From positions 110,670,001-110,734,000 of the forward strand of contig OZ024740.1 of assembly GCA_964016885.1 (NCBI GenBank): DNA of 64,000 nucleotides, written 5' to 3'. Source of the DNA: Eledone cirrhosa (taxonomy: Eukaryota). A model generated the notes under the pieces. It was not told where the DNA came from, made no database searches, and saw only the letters and a list, made by a program, of their open reading frames with translations. Position numbers and translations under genes: made by a program. The stretch's first letter is position 1. Each line of letters opens with the position of its first letter. Below are positions 26,258-40,700 of this stretch, piece by piece.

Positions 26258-26885
26258 GTAAGAGGTGCACTGGCAACCGACGTTTATGTGAAAGCTATAT
26301 CTGTATAAATTCAGAGTGTCTAACCGTGACTACCCCGACGTGTATAAATAGATACATACATATCTAATTTGTAGACATGTAAACATTTTATTGAATGCTC
26401 ACCAGAAGATGTGTATATCATTCAATCTACCACAATGAAACATGTATTTGATGGGTATATAAATCCATTCCTTGTTAGTATCATTCTGAAATGGATGTAC
26501 TATTTTGTATATCATTTTCTCAATTTACAGGGACATTCGTATTTCCTGGCATGTTAAATTAGATATGCGTATATATTTATACATCTTGGTGCAGTCTTGG
26601 TTACCCACTCTGTATTTATACAGATATAACTTTCTCATACACTTCAGCTGCTAGCGCACCTCTTACTATATATATTAATTAATTAGCAGCACTAGTGCTA
26701 ATTATATGCAAATTAGTATGTCCATTTCAGAATATACTAAGACTGAATGTGTATATATACCCATCAACTACATGCTTACTTGTGATTGATTTTATGATAT
26801 ACACATGTTCAGGTAAGGATTCAATAAAATACGAAAATTGATTAAAGATGTTTAACATTTTTTTCAATTTACAGGAAATTCGTAC
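26257..26885. mobile_element. Old pLTR-like inverted structure with decayed HHRs
   Basis: Inverted pairs 26257-26379/26550-26667 and 26386-26510/26704-26830; CAGAAGA...GAAAcatgTA at 26403-26446. Confidence 0.6.
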
Positions 26886-27289
26886 CATTGCAAATTAAAA
26901 TTATAAAGAACCAAGAGCGCAAGATTAAAAACAACAACAAAAGATGTCTCAACTGACGCGCCTTTGCGTTCGCACACAATGGAAAACCAGTCCAGTTATT
27001 TTATGCTGATCCTTAAACGCTTTAGCTTACTTTTAACCAGTTCATTTCTTTTTCATATTATATTAACCTAATTTCCTTAACACAAACTTAATTGACAGAA
27101 AAAGTGATGAAAACCAAAATAATTCTCATTGAAAGAAAAAAAAAACTTTGTTTTTAAAGTTAAAAAGAAAACTGAGCTTAGATTCCGATTGAACAACTGA
27201 AAGTTGACTTAGAAACATGTTTTTATCTAGATGAAACAAAATCACGTTGGTTGATGTAATTAGAGACAAAAGAGGGGGATTTAAGAAAT

Positions 27290-27800
27290 TGTAGAAAATG
27301 CTTATTAAGGGCTGTTACGACCACCATAGCAGTTTCAAAGATGTTAAGAGACGAGAGCAGTAGGGATTAGTGTCAGAGCTTCGGAGATGGGATGTAATTA
27401 TGTACCCTTGTATGTTTTTTTTTTTGTATGTGTAAGTAGATGAATATTCAATAAATACACAAAAGTTAAAACGTTTGATAAGAATAGAAGCTAATTCGGA
27501 TATACAGGTAACACTGATGAAGCCAGCTGCGGCCACATCTGGGCTGGCGGATTGGTGGGGAGAGAAGAAAGAGAATATGTAATCTGGCAAATTTATTAGT
27601 TGTACAAGTTAAGTGAGGTGGAGCGATATATTTGAAGAGTAATATAAAGCTGAGAACTAATTACTTGGAGTTGGAATTGAAGGTGAAAAAAAACATGGTG
27701 AAATTATTGGGAATGGCAATAGGGTGCTCTAATAACAAACATGTCAGTATTATTGAGATTGGTGATTGAATGAAAGATAATGAGTCAACATTAGATAAAA
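27290..27800 (-). pseudogene. Decayed CR1/L2-group LINE 3' fragment
   Basis: QSASPDVAAAGF...CISELASIL resembles the L.HRR.VA.L..FY..C..EL motif. Confidence 0.45.
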
Positions 27801-28689
27801 CTTGTTCTGTATTGTAGAACAAAAGGAAAGGTGTCGATCAACGCCTGGCAGAAGCATGACCGTTTTCCTTGAAATAGGGGCCAGGATTTGAATTCAGAAC
27901 GCACAAAGTTGGAACAGATACCACACAGCATTCTGTCCAACTAATTAACAATTCCAACTATCCACCACCCATGGACTGCTGCTTTATTTATCTATAAATT
28001 AAATATTAATATTGCAAACAAGAAACCAAATTGTAGCGTGTTGTCAATTTACTCATAAAGTGACTGATTTAAAAGGTTGCCCACAATCTTTCAGGAATCG
28101 GTAAGTGTTGCGACGTATGGGAAACGATCTCAAATTCCAGCTTATTGGAAAAAAATATCGTATCTAGTAGAACGCGATATTTTCAACTTTATTTCTTTAT
28201 GCAGACAATAGGCAAATAAATTTTGTCGAGATAATAAAACATCGCTCGCCAGAGTCTTGATAAAGAAACTTATGAGCTAAAGAGTGAATGAAACACTATC
28301 TTTTCCACACTGTATATAATCTAAGGGAAAAGGAGGCTATTGCTAGATCAACCTGTCTGACGTTAGTTGTAATGGCCGAGTTGTAAAAATTGTGTCTATT
28401 ACGGAAGCTGTCAAATAACTTCCGGTAGCTAATTAGCATCAGCGAAATCTTAGATATTTTCTTTGTCTTTGCTTTTTTTTTTCTTCTCGGAGCAAAGTTG
28501 TATTTGGCTTTTATTTTGTTGTTTTCGTTTAATTTGTTATATGTATTTCTGTTTTCCATTTGATTTTTTCGTTTCCAGTGTTTACATTTTACACTCATTG
28601 CATAATCATTAAGACAGATATAGGTCGGTCGTTTATTTATATATACGCAGAACCACACACATCAAGAAAAATAGAAAGAGATAGAAAGG

Positions 28690-28728
<39 letters not shown>

Positions 28729-30170
28729 GGAGAGAGAGAGAGAGTGAGAGAGAGAGAGAGACGCTTACTTATAAATGTGAGCATTATGAGTAAATAGGAA
28801 TGAGCTGCAGCCAGTTAATTAAGTATAGCTTTACACGAACATTATCCACTACACACATGTACTTAAAATGAACGAAAAACTAAATTATATATATATACTG
28901 AGAGAGACAGTAAAGAACACGTGAGAGAGAGAGAGAGAAAGAGAAAGAGATACACATACATATGTGTGTGTGTGTGCATATACATACATATGTATTTGAA
29001 TTATATATTAATAATTGAGATTCCTATAGGAATTAGGTTTCTTGTTTTAATTTTTCATTTGACGTAATGTTGCAAGTAGTTGTATGTCTCATAATACAAC
29101 GGATCATCGTTACTTCGCCATTAGTTAGCACTTTAATTTAAGGAACGAGATATCAATTTTAAGGCGGAGAATTGGTAGAGTCGTTAGGATGTCGGATAGA
29201 ATGCTTTATCGTATTTGTTTCTGTTATCAGCACTCTGAGATCAAATCCTGAAGAGGTCAACTTTGCTGTTACTCCTTGCCGCAGTATGAATATTTGGTCG
29301 GCTGTGCTCCGTCGAGGACGAACACTACACCATCAGCTAGTTTGTAGTCGGCAATTTCTCTAAATCTCTTTGTCAGACACTTTGCATAAACTTTACTAGG
29401 AGGCTTAACAAGAATATATTGAGGCCATCCCGAACATAATAGTTTAACTGGACGGCACACACCTCTGCGTGACTGTAGAGGGCACAAAGTCAAGGCGCCA
29501 CACCTGAGGCACAAAAACACATTTAAAGGTTTTTGCCCTCAACAAAACACGTTGTAAACGAGACCCGCTCTCCTGCATACGCAAAAGCCCACACTGGCAG
29601 TAAATCAACCATGGGCGGCCAGAATACAACCAAAAAGCTCACCAACATGAACAGCAGCATCAACAGAAGTTGAAGGAGCTCACCCACCATCTGCCATGCC
29701 AGAACCAACGCCAACATCTGCAACAACAGCGCAAATGGAAGACACACCTTTCAGATTTTGTACACTCGGGCATGAATTGATCGTAGCCAAGAGGAGTAGT
29801 GGCAAATTGTTAACAAAAAAGAAAAATACATTAGAAACTTGGCCCACAAAAAAGAACTCCAGCTCCTCACCACCACCCAATCCACCTTCACCACCACTGC
29901 AATCTAAAGCTCAGGTTATATGCCACTGCATGGCATCATGGACAAGTGTCATTTTACCATTGCCTCGGGTTGACCGAAAACTTGTGAGTGAAATTTAGTA
30001 AACAGAAGTAGTGTGGAAGCCCGTCAAATGGAACGTAACAGTAATTCAGCATAAGTTCAGACTTGTCAAATATTGGGACATTGCTTCGACTTGAAAATTA
30101 CGTTAAAGGGATAGGTAACTGTACAATAGTCAACCACCTATACGTTTAATCGACTAATATGATAGAAATG

Positions 30171-30202
<32 letters not shown>

Positions 30203-30203
<1 letters not shown>

Positions 30204-31018
30204 GTCGAAGACGATGAGCTCACCAGCATGTTTGGTAGGACTTTCCGCCCGGGACCTATGGACAACTTCCAGAGGTCCCTGGCCTGGCAGTGCTACCGAG
30301 GAGCTCTACCGGTTCGTAACAAGATCTACAGGCACGGACGCCCTGGCAGGGATCCTTCCAAGAGGACGTGTCCAAGATGTGCGCAGGACATTGAAACAGT
30401 TCTGCACGCAATTGTACACTGCCCGGGCGTAAGCGACCTGTAGAACTATGCAGAACAACTGCTGTCGCGTATGGGACAAATACAGTTGACTGCCGAGTCC
30501 ATAGTAAGGATCAAACCGCCAGACTCTTTCAAAAACGAAAGAAAGGCGGTTTTCCTCTGTACGGTGGCTATGGTGAAAGAAGTTATATGGTGGACGAGGT
30601 TGAGAGGACTGAGGACAGATGCCTTTCTCTCCGGACAACAATTGATTCCCTTCTTTAAGTATCACTTTAGAAGGAGAATCAGGGTGAAGAGAGAGGCACT
30701 GCACCCCAGTAAATTTACTGAAAGGTGGGTGAATGAAGCGAAAATGGCCCGAGTGATTGGGCCTTCTCTGTTTATAAGCCTGTAGGTTGAGGAAGAGAGC
30801 AAAAGGAAGAAAGGAGCACTTGCACAACACGCTCCTCGAGTTGAGGGTTGTTCTATCGACGGGGTATTAAACAACCCATTTGTGGCGCCTCCCCCCTGTT
30901 GGGGATTTCGATTGTTGAAATTGTTTGTTTTTATATTTTTTACACGACTGTATGTAAAATCCCCGGCATGTCTTTGTATTGTCCCCTTTCTTGTTGCGCC
31001 CTTGTGGCTAATAAAGAA
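30203..31018 (+). mobile_element. Tx1/L1-clade LINE 3' end inserted in (CTAT)n
   Basis: SLAWQCYRGALPV...CPRC...ETVLHAIVHCP (zf-RVT CCHC), VKEVIWWTR; one in-frame stop at 30441; AATAAA at about 31010; (ATCT)n on both flanks. Confidence 0.88.
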
Positions 31019-31067
31019 ATCTATCTATCTATACACACACGCGCGCGCGCGCATATATATATATATC

Positions 31068-31383
31068 TTAAGAGGAACAAAACGAGATTTCACATTGAGG
31101 ATTTTATTGATTAGGTTCAGCTACCCCCGTTTCACAGATGAGAGGCCCAAAATCCACATTTCTGATATAAATAAGACCCCAGGCCCAATTTGCTCATCAG
31201 ACTTGTTGATCCAGAGAAACCAGAATACCATTTATTTTTTGCGTGATTGTCAAGTCAGATGAGGATGTCTGAAGTCGGGTCAATAACACAAATATGGATT
31301 TTTGACCACTTATCTGTGAAACGCTCGTAACTGAGCCTAATCAATAAAAATCTCAATAAGAAACCTCGTTAAGTTCTTGTTAA
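31068..31383. repeat. Diverged inverted repeat made of two decayed HHR/pLTR-like halves
   Basis: Arms 31068-31205 and 31251-31383; each reads agt C(T/A)GATGA...atctgt GAAA cg..g TA (a/g)ctga outward. Confidence 0.6.
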
Positions 31384-31788
31384 TATATACCCTCTGCTAT
31401 AGCATAGAAGGCCAATATGGTTTCCTTCATCGGTAAACCAAACATCTACTGAGTCACCAAAGATATCTGCCTGTGTGTGGGTTTATGTGTATGTATGATT
31501 ATATGCGTGAGAGTGAGTGTCACTTGAAACATAGACACAAACATAGACACAGAAAAGTGTTTTTCATAAAATATTAGGTATTCTTTCATTGCAGATAACT
31601 TACAAATGTAATATCATTGTTAGTTAGTATGATTGTTTCATCGCATAAGAAGCTTATTTATAGCATGAGTGCCTGAGTGATTCACCTAGATAGCATGTAT
31701 ACTTCCTCCCATTCTTCCACACACAAACACGCACACACACATACCAATATAAACTTATATACATACATATATATGTATATATATATAA

Positions 31789-31939
<151 letters not shown>

Positions 31940-32212
31940 TATATAACTATTTATGCTCGTAAAAATCCATATATATATACTTGAATATATATGTATATAT
32001 GAATATATATGTGTGTATATATATATGTATTATGCGTATATACAAATATATATATATATATATATTAATAAAACATCCCTGCCTCCGATATTTTTTAACA
32101 TTTGACATGCACACACACACATACACACACACAAATATATATATATAGTATTTATAAATATATTTTATGTATATATATATATATAACATGTATTATATAT
32201 ATATATAACATG

Positions 32213-32311
<99 letters not shown>

Positions 32312-33758
32312 TAGATAGATACATATAAATATGTACATTTATTACATGTAAATGGGAAAATGTTGTGTATCATGATGCAAATAAAATTTTTTTACAATTT
32401 TTCTATTCATACCTTCAACATGAGTTGGCATATGTGTATATACTTTACATAGTTAATCACATTAGCGTCAGGTTATGTCTTAGTGCCATGAACTTTAAAC
32501 TGGCATGCGCTGACGAGTGTGTCTTTTCTTAATTATACTTACGTTCTTACGGCTCATTGCATAAAATTTAATCCGTATTAACTTACGTAATGTATTTGAA
32601 AGAAAATACAAGTGTAGAACGACAATAACAGGGAGTAAACAAAATGAAAAAATTACTGTGAATTACTGACATGAAAATAAGGCTTAATTCTTGCAAGAAT
32701 ATTGTAAAGCAAATAATGTCATGAAAATGCCAAGCATAAAATATATCATTATTAAATTCTCATCAACCACCTCTCATATGGTGGACTACGTGAGTTTTGA
32801 CACTTAAAAATCTTTGGCAGCTATAGTTAGGAATCATTTTTAATTATAAATGCTAGATTTGCTATGAAGTATATAAAAAACAACAACATAGATAAATTGT
32901 AGTGTGTTGTTTTATGTTTCTTTAGTGGTGATGTCTTTTAAGGTTTTATCTTGTTTACCATTCTTTCTTTGAATTGTGGATCGTCTGTTCCCACCTCCTA
33001 AGTGTTTCAGTCGCCTGCTTAGAATTGTAAAATCGATGTAGTTTTACTTCTGTAGTAAAGTTTATTCTTCTCCCTTGCCTGTTTAGCATCACCACCTGAT
33101 CAATGTGTGTCTTTAACACAGTTCATTCTATCACATTTAAATGACAGAGACCATTTGTTATCTATTAGAACACCACCCCATGGCCTTTGTGTGTCTCCAG
33201 TGGATCCTCAATCAGCTTCATTGAAGACTTTGAGGCAAACTTATTTCACTGACTAGCTTGGTGAACTCAGATTTTGATGGTGTTAAATTCTTTACCTCTT
33301 CAACTGTCAGATTTAGCATTTGTACATACTTCAATCATGAATCCCGATAAGATCTTCTATTTAGTTTGGTAAACAATAATTCCCTCGTGTATATTGTATT
33401 TTCTGCTCGATATACATATCCGATATACTTGAGGTGTTGTGATCAGTTAAAGTTTCGTGAGTGGTGTCTTGACGATATTTTGTATTTCTATGTAAGTGTA
33501 GAGATTAGTTTCTATGGCAGAATGAATCGTTGGTAGATTGTTGATAGAATAGTTTGCATGATAGATTGGTTTGTATGATAGAATGATAGATTGGTTTGTA
33601 CGAGAAGAATGATAGATTGAAAGAAAATAGAGAAAATACTTGATTCGGAGATGGCCCACGGAGTAGGTGTTATCGGTGTCATAGATCACCTCTATTTTCT
33701 TTGCTTATATCTTCTCTGTTTGTGTTTGCCGCAACTCTTTTGTTGAGTAACTAATTAT

Positions 33759-33828
33759 GCAATACAAACCTGACGATGTCGCCAGGTTTTGCGTAACCTG
33801 GCCATTGAAATATATATAGTGTATTTGC
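33759..33828 (+). ncRNA. Type I hammerhead ribozyme with no adjacent ORF
   Basis: gcaatacaaac CTGACGA tgtcg-ccaggtt-ttgcgt-aacctgg-ccatt GAAA tatata TA gtgtatttgc, followed by AATAAA. Confidence 0.78.
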
Positions 33829-33887
33829 AAAAATAAAACTTTAAGGGAACTTCATCAGTCAGGCCTCCTATCATTTTGATCAAAATA

Positions 33888-33926
<39 letters not shown>

Positions 33927-34061
33927 CTTGCACTCATGTTATGAGTACATACATCTATTTAGTGCAATAGTCTATTTGATAACACACCTTATGCACGTGT
34001 GTGTCATGAGTACACATGTAATTGTGTGCATATATATTCTTTCCGTGAAACTCATTCTAAG

Positions 34062-34104
34062 AGGATGATGGTGATGACAATGATGATGATAATGATGATG
34101 ATAG

Positions 34105-34157
<53 letters not shown>

Positions 34158-34763
34158 GTGATGATAAAAACACTGGGGAAATATAGAATGGTCGGAGGAG
34201 GCGGGTGGACAGGAGAAGAAAAATCAGAAATTATCAACAATAACAATACAAAAACCTGGAGCAAAGAAGATTATGATGATAATGATGAGGAGGAGGTAGA
34301 GCACGAGGAGTAGTATGAGAAGGAGAAACAAGTGGACGTATATGATACTAGGTATTATGAAGATGATGATGATGCAGGCGATAATTATGAAGGTCTTGAT
34401 GATAATGTCGTTGATAATATTGATGGCTATCAAACTGATGATGAGGATGATGATGCTGGAGGAGGTGGGGAGGGAGGTGAATGTATGAATGTGTGTGTGT
34501 GTGTGTGTGTGTATGAGTATGTGTGTGTATATGTATATATGTGTGTGTGTGTATGTGTGTGTGTGTGTATGTGTATGTGCCTGTGTGTGTGTATATGTAT
34601 ATATATATGTGTGTATGTGTGTGTATGTGTGTGTATATGTATATATATATATGTGTGTGTGTATGTGTGTGTGTGTATGAGTATGTGTCTGTGTGTGTGT
34701 GTGTATGTATATATGTGTGTGTGTATGTGTGTGTGTGTATGTGTATGTGTCTGTGTGTGCGTG

Positions 34764-34823
<60 letters not shown>

Positions 34824-34887
34824 CGTGTGTGTGTGTATGTGTATGTGTCTGTGTATGTGTATGTGTGTGTGTGTATATGTATATATA

Positions 34888-34918
<31 letters not shown>

Positions 34919-34939
34919 ATGTGTCTGTGTGTGTATATG

Positions 34940-34984
<45 letters not shown>

Positions 34985-35030
34985 CAAGAAGGTTGAATCT
35001 ATGTGCATGTGTGCATGTGAGATTTGAATG
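34062..35030. repeat. Compound microsatellite: (GAT)n, then (GT/AT)n
   Basis: Direct inspection; the poly-M, D/E and VC ORFs here are repeat translations. Confidence 0.9.
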
Positions 35031-36299
35031 TATGTGGCATTAGGTACGTTTATTGAAAGTGTGAGTGTGTGTATGTATATTAGAGCATGTACATGTAGCT
35101 GAGTATGTGAATGCATGTTTATGTGAATTGGGACTGTGTTTGCGACAGTGTGTGTGTGTGTGTGTGTGTGTGAGTGTGTGAGTGTGTGTTTGTGTGTGTG
35201 TATGTTTGTTTGTGTGTGTTTGTGAATGGCTGTGTTTAAGCATGAACAATTATTTGCAATTATAATAACCTGTGTGTGTGTGTATGTGCATGTCTCTGTG
35301 TATGTATGACTGTGTCATATGCAGAATGTGTCACTAGATATGATTGTGTGTATATATGTGTGACTGTATAATATGATATAATCAGTATATATTAATAAAT
35401 ATGTGTGTATATAGACGTGTGCGTGTGTCAGTCTATGTGTAAGAGGGAGTAATAGGTTTATGTGTTAAACACCTTATCTCGTCCCCTGCTCCGTTCCCTT
35501 AGATATTACACACGATTACAGCTCTTCGTCCCTAATAAATCCTTCTATGGCTGCCCTATACTTCAGTTTGTTTTGAAAGGGGATTTAAGAAAGCTCACAC
35601 ACATGCATACACACTAATACAGGCATATACGCATATATAAATATACACATACACATCCATTCTTATACATATACATACCTAGCTACATAGACACACACTC
35701 TTACACATATATACACACATGCGCGCATGCGCGCAATTTTACAAGTAGATATACAAACGAAATCACACTCGCACGCACACATTCATTAAATAAATATTTA
35801 ATGAAGCAATAGATGTATAAAAAATAAATAAACGTGAATTAAAGACCGAAAGATAACTTGATAGGAGAGGGGAGAAAAGTGAAGTAGAGAGAGAGATAGA
35901 TAGAATGACTGATTGAAAGATATAGAAATGTAGATAGAAAGGGGGAAGGAAATGAGTAGGTCATCAAATCGAACGTAGGAAACTTTGTTTCCATTAGTCT
36001 TTCCATTGCATGCATTATCTGCCGGTACCAACGCTTGACATAATGAGGGAGGATTTGAACTCAGAACGCACACAACAGGACGAGAGAGCATATAGTATTC
36101 CGTTCGAATCTTTTAATAAATGCGTCAATTTACCGCCTGTCGATTGATATAAAATATGAGAGTAATATAGAAAGACAACAAAAGAAACAAAGATGAATAT
36201 CGTAAAAAAAGAGAAGGGAAAGATATATAGAAAGATTGGTCTAACGATCAGGCTGAATTGTGTAAAATTATTGGAATCTATATTGCGGCCATCTTGCAT

Positions 36300-36850
36300 A
36301 AGTTGTTTCCGACATTGTAAAGGGGTTTATACAGACTAAAAGACAATGGTCTCTGAATGCACGAAGGAAGATTATTCCCGTCTTTCCCGGATTTACATTG
36401 TGTGGGGAAGATGCTTCCGATGTATTGAAACTTGTTTAATTGTCCCAGTAGTGTATCATCTAGGAGATGTTGATGTTGAAATCTGGAAGGATTGTGTATG
36501 GGGCAGGTTGGGAAAGTATTTTGGTCTTCTCAGGCTAAAGAGATCGTACACATTTTTGAATTCGATACCTGATTCCAGCATTTCTTCGGGTGCATAAGTT
36601 GGTGAGAAATTGTCAGCACCATATTGTAGTTCTGTGATTAAGTCCCGTTGATCAGTCTTTGTGATCACAGTCTGGACAGATTGTAGAGTTCACCATCGAA
36701 GTGGAAACTCTGCTTCGAAGAATCGACACGTATCTGAGGTCCTTGCGATTTCAGAGTCAGGTTCGATCGTGCCTCGATCTGGTCGCCAGAGAAACGATTG
36801 TAATATGTCTAATAAATGTTATTCGTCGCACCACTGATTCTCCGTTTCTT
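36300..36850 (-). pseudogene. RTE (BovB-like) LINE RT fragment
   Basis: FHFDGELYNLSRL, ITELQYGAD (decayed YADD), LNKFQYIGSI across frameshifts. Confidence 0.75.
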
Positions 36851-36935
36851 ATGTGATATTATACTCTGCTCTGTAAAAGCATCGAGTGCTCAAACGGCCT
36901 ACCTCATACGGACGCTTTAAGCATCCCACACCAAT

Positions 36936-37026
<91 letters not shown>

Positions 37027-37423
37027 ATGTGTGAACATATATGTATCAGTGCATGTAGGTACGTCCGTGTGTATGTATGTGTAATCACTAAATAGATAAT
37101 ATATTTTCTTCTGCACTTAGAGTAATTGTTTGCTATTTTCTCAATAGGAAAATAAACAGAAGTAAACTGATAACAGCCAGTAATAATTCTGTACCACATG
37201 GGATACATTTGGATATTAAATGCTCCCTTCAAAGGTACCGTTTATTTTTTCTGTGAAAACAGTTATAATTTCGGTCGGTAGTTTTCATAAGATACTCGCT
37301 GAAAACGGGGTCATTGATGACTCCTAGTGTTTGAGGGCCTGATGAATTAGATACACGCGCACCTACACACACACACATATATATATATATATACATAAAT
37401 ACATACATATCTATATATATATG

Positions 37424-37477
<54 letters not shown>

Positions 37478-37798
37478 CATGCACACACATACACATACAC
37501 ATTGCAGAAAGGATATTCTACTCCCCAAATATTGAATTAAATGTTTCAAATCCATAACTAGAAGTCACCCGTGTCCCTGCTTATGGGATCTCTCAATTTG
37601 GTGAAAAATGTTGAACAGTATATTATTACTATTGTTGTTTTTTGTTGTCTTTGTGTTTGTCGTTGTTGTTGCTGCCCTTGTTTTTGCTGTTGTTGCTGTC
37701 GTTGTTTATTTCCATGCCAATCCTGATTAAACAGACCCAATATCAAAAGCATTCCAGCCGTAATCAGCGTCTCTTTCTAACGACAAGTTGAAATTAAT

Positions 37799-40700
37799 GT
37801 TACTCCTGTATTTCAGAGTCAGTTTAGCTCAGATCAAGCATGTTGCTCCTGTATTTCAGAGTCAGTTTAGCTCAGATCAAGCAGGTTGCTGCTGTATTTC
37901 AGAATCAGTTTAGCTCAGATCAAGCAGGTTGCTCCTGTATTTCAGAGTCAATTTAGCTCAGATCAAGCAGGTTGCTCCTGTATTTCAGAGTCAGTTTAAC
38001 TCAGATAAAGCAGGTTGCTCCTGTATTTCAGAGTCAGTTTAGCTCAGATCAAGCAGGTTGCTCCTGTATTTCAGAGTCAGTTTAACTCAGATCAAGCATG
38101 TTGCTCCTGTATTTCAGAGTCAGTTTACTCAGATCAAGCAGGTTGCTGCTGTATTTCAGAGTCAGTTTAGCTCAGATCAAGCAGGTTGCTCCTGTATTTC
38201 AGAGTCAGTTTAGCTCAGATCAAGCAGGTTGCTCCTGTATTTCAGAGTCAGTTTAGCTCAGATCAAGCATGTTGCTCCTGTATTTCAGAGTCAGTTTAAC
38301 TCAGATCAAGCAGGTTGCTGCTGTATTTCAGAGTCAGTTTAGCTCAGATCAAGCAGATTTCTGCTGTATTTCAGAGTCAGTTTAGCTCAGATCAAGCAGG
38401 TTGCTCCTGTATTTCAGAGTCAGTTTCGCTCAGATCAAGCAGGTTGCTCCTGTATTTCAGAGTCAGTTTAGCTCAGATCAAGCATGTTGCTGCTGTATTT
38501 CAGAGTCAGTTTAACTCAGATCAAGCATGTTGCTCCTGTATTTCAGAGTCAGTTTAACTCAGATCAAGCAGGTTGCTCCTGTATTTCAGAGTCAGTTTAG
38601 CTCAGATCAAGCAGGTTGCTCCTGTATTTCAGAGTCAGTTTAACTCAGATCAAGCATGTTGCTCCTGTATTTCAGAGTCAGTTTAGCTCAGAAGAAGCAG
38701 GTTGCTCCTGTATTTAAGAGTCAGTTTAACTCAGATCAAGCAGGTTGCTCCTTTATTTCAGAGTCAGTTTAACTCAGATCAAGCAGGTTGCTCCTGTATT
38801 TCAGAGTCAGTTTAACTCAGATCAAGCATGTTGCCCCTGTATTTCAGAGTCAGTTTAACTCAGATCAAGCAGGTTGCTCCTGTATTTCAGAGTCAGTGTA
38901 ACTCAGAACAAGCAGGTTGCTCCTGTATTTCAGAGTCAGATTAGCTCACATCAAGCATGTTGCTCCTGTATTTCAGAGTCAGTTTAGCTCAGATCAAGCA
39001 TGTTGCTTCTGTATTTCAGAGTAAGTTTAACTCAGATCAAGCATGTTGCTCCTGTATTTCAGAGTCAGTTTAACTCAGATCAAGCAGGTTGCTCCTGTAT
39101 TTCAGAGTCAGTTTAGCTCAGACCAAGCAGGTTGCTCCTGTATTTCAGAGTCAGTTTAACTCAGATCAAGCAGGTTGCTCCTGTATTTCAGAGTCAGTTT
39201 AACTCAGATCAAGCAGGTTGCTCCTGTATTTCAGAGTCAGTTTAACTCAGATCAAGCAGGTTGCTCCTGTATTTCAGAGTCAGTTTAGCTCAGATCAAGC
39301 AGGTTGCTCCTGTATTTCAGAGTCAGTTTAACTCAGATCAAGCAGGTTGCTCCTGTATTTCAGAGTCAGTTTAACTCAGATCAAGCAGGTTGCTCCTGTA
39401 TTTCAGAGTCAGTTTAAATCAGATCAAGCATGTTGCTCCTGTATTTCAGAGTCAGTTTAGCTCAGATCAAGCAGGTTGCTGCTGTATTTCAGAGTCAGTT
39501 TAGCTCAGATCAAGCAGGTTGCTCCTGTATTTCAGAGTCAGTTTAGCTCAGATCAAGCAGGTTGCTCCTGTATTTCAGAGTCAGTTTAGCTCAGATCAAG
39601 CATGTTGCTCCTGTATTTTAGAGTCAGTTTAACTCAGATCAAGCAGGTTGCTCCTGTATTTCAGAGTCAGTTTAGCTCAGATCAAGCATGTTGCTCCTGT
39701 ATTTCAGAGTCAGTTTAGCTCAGATCAAGCAGATTGCTGCTGTATTTCAGAGTCAGTTTAGCTCAGATCAAGCAGGTTGCTCCTGTATTTCAGAGTCAGT
39801 TTCGCTCAGATCAAGCAGGTTGCTCCTGTATTTCAGAGTCAGTTTAGCTCAGATCAAGCAGGTTGCTGCTGTATTTCAGAGTCAGTTTAACTCAGATCAA
39901 GCAGGTTGCTCCTGTATTTCAGAGTCAGTTTAACTCAGATCAAGCAGGTTGCTCCTGTATTTCAGAGTCAGTTTAGCTCAGATCAAGCAGGTTGCTCCTG
40001 TATTTCAGAGTCAGTTTAACTCAGATCAAGCAGGTTGCTCCTGTATTTCAGAGTCAGTTTAACTCAGATCAAGCAGGTTGCTCCTGTATTTCAGAGTCAG
40101 TTTAACTCAGATCAAGCAGGTTGCTCCTGTATTTCAGAGTCAGTTTAACTCAGATCAAGCAGGTTGCTCCTGTATTTCAGAGTCAGTTTAGCTCAGAAGA
40201 AGCAGGTTGCTCCTGTATTTCAGAGTCAGTTTAACTCAGATCAAGCAGGTTGCTCCTGTATTTCAGAATCAGTTTAACTCAGATCAAGCAGGTTGCTCCT
40301 GTATTTCAGAGTCAGTTTAACTCAGATCAAGCAGGTTGCCCCTGTATTTCAGAGTCAGTTTAACTCAGATCAAGCAGGTTGCTCCTGTATTTCAGAGTCA
40401 GTTTAACTCAGATCAAGCAGGTTGCCCCTGTATTTCAGAGTCAGTTTAACTCAGATCAAGCAGGTTGCTCCTGTAATTCAGAGTCAGTTTAACTCAGATC
40501 AAGCAGGTTGCTCCTTTATTTCAGAGTCAGTTTAACTCAGATCAAGCAGGTAGCTCCTGTATTTCAGAGTCAGTTTAACTCAGATCAAGCATGTTGCCCC
40601 TGTATTTCAGAGTCAGTTTAACTCAGATCAAGCAGGTTGCTCCTGTATTTCAGAGTCAGTTTAACTCAGAACAAGCAGGTTGCTCCTGTATTTCAGAGTC

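Noticed and set aside
27515-27556. CTGATGA followed by a gccagc/gctggc stem
   Set aside because: No GAAA or stem III follows, and it lies within a LINE fragment.
29350-29950. Overlapping short ORFs as a gene
   Set aside because: Only a short RT-like peptide (SKVYAKCL) and a SINE-like tail are recognisable; likely decayed TE mosaic.
34224-34480. Acidic D/E-rich ORF as a host exon
   Set aside because: It is degenerate (GAT/GAG)n with stops and runs straight into (GT)n; no splice or domain support.
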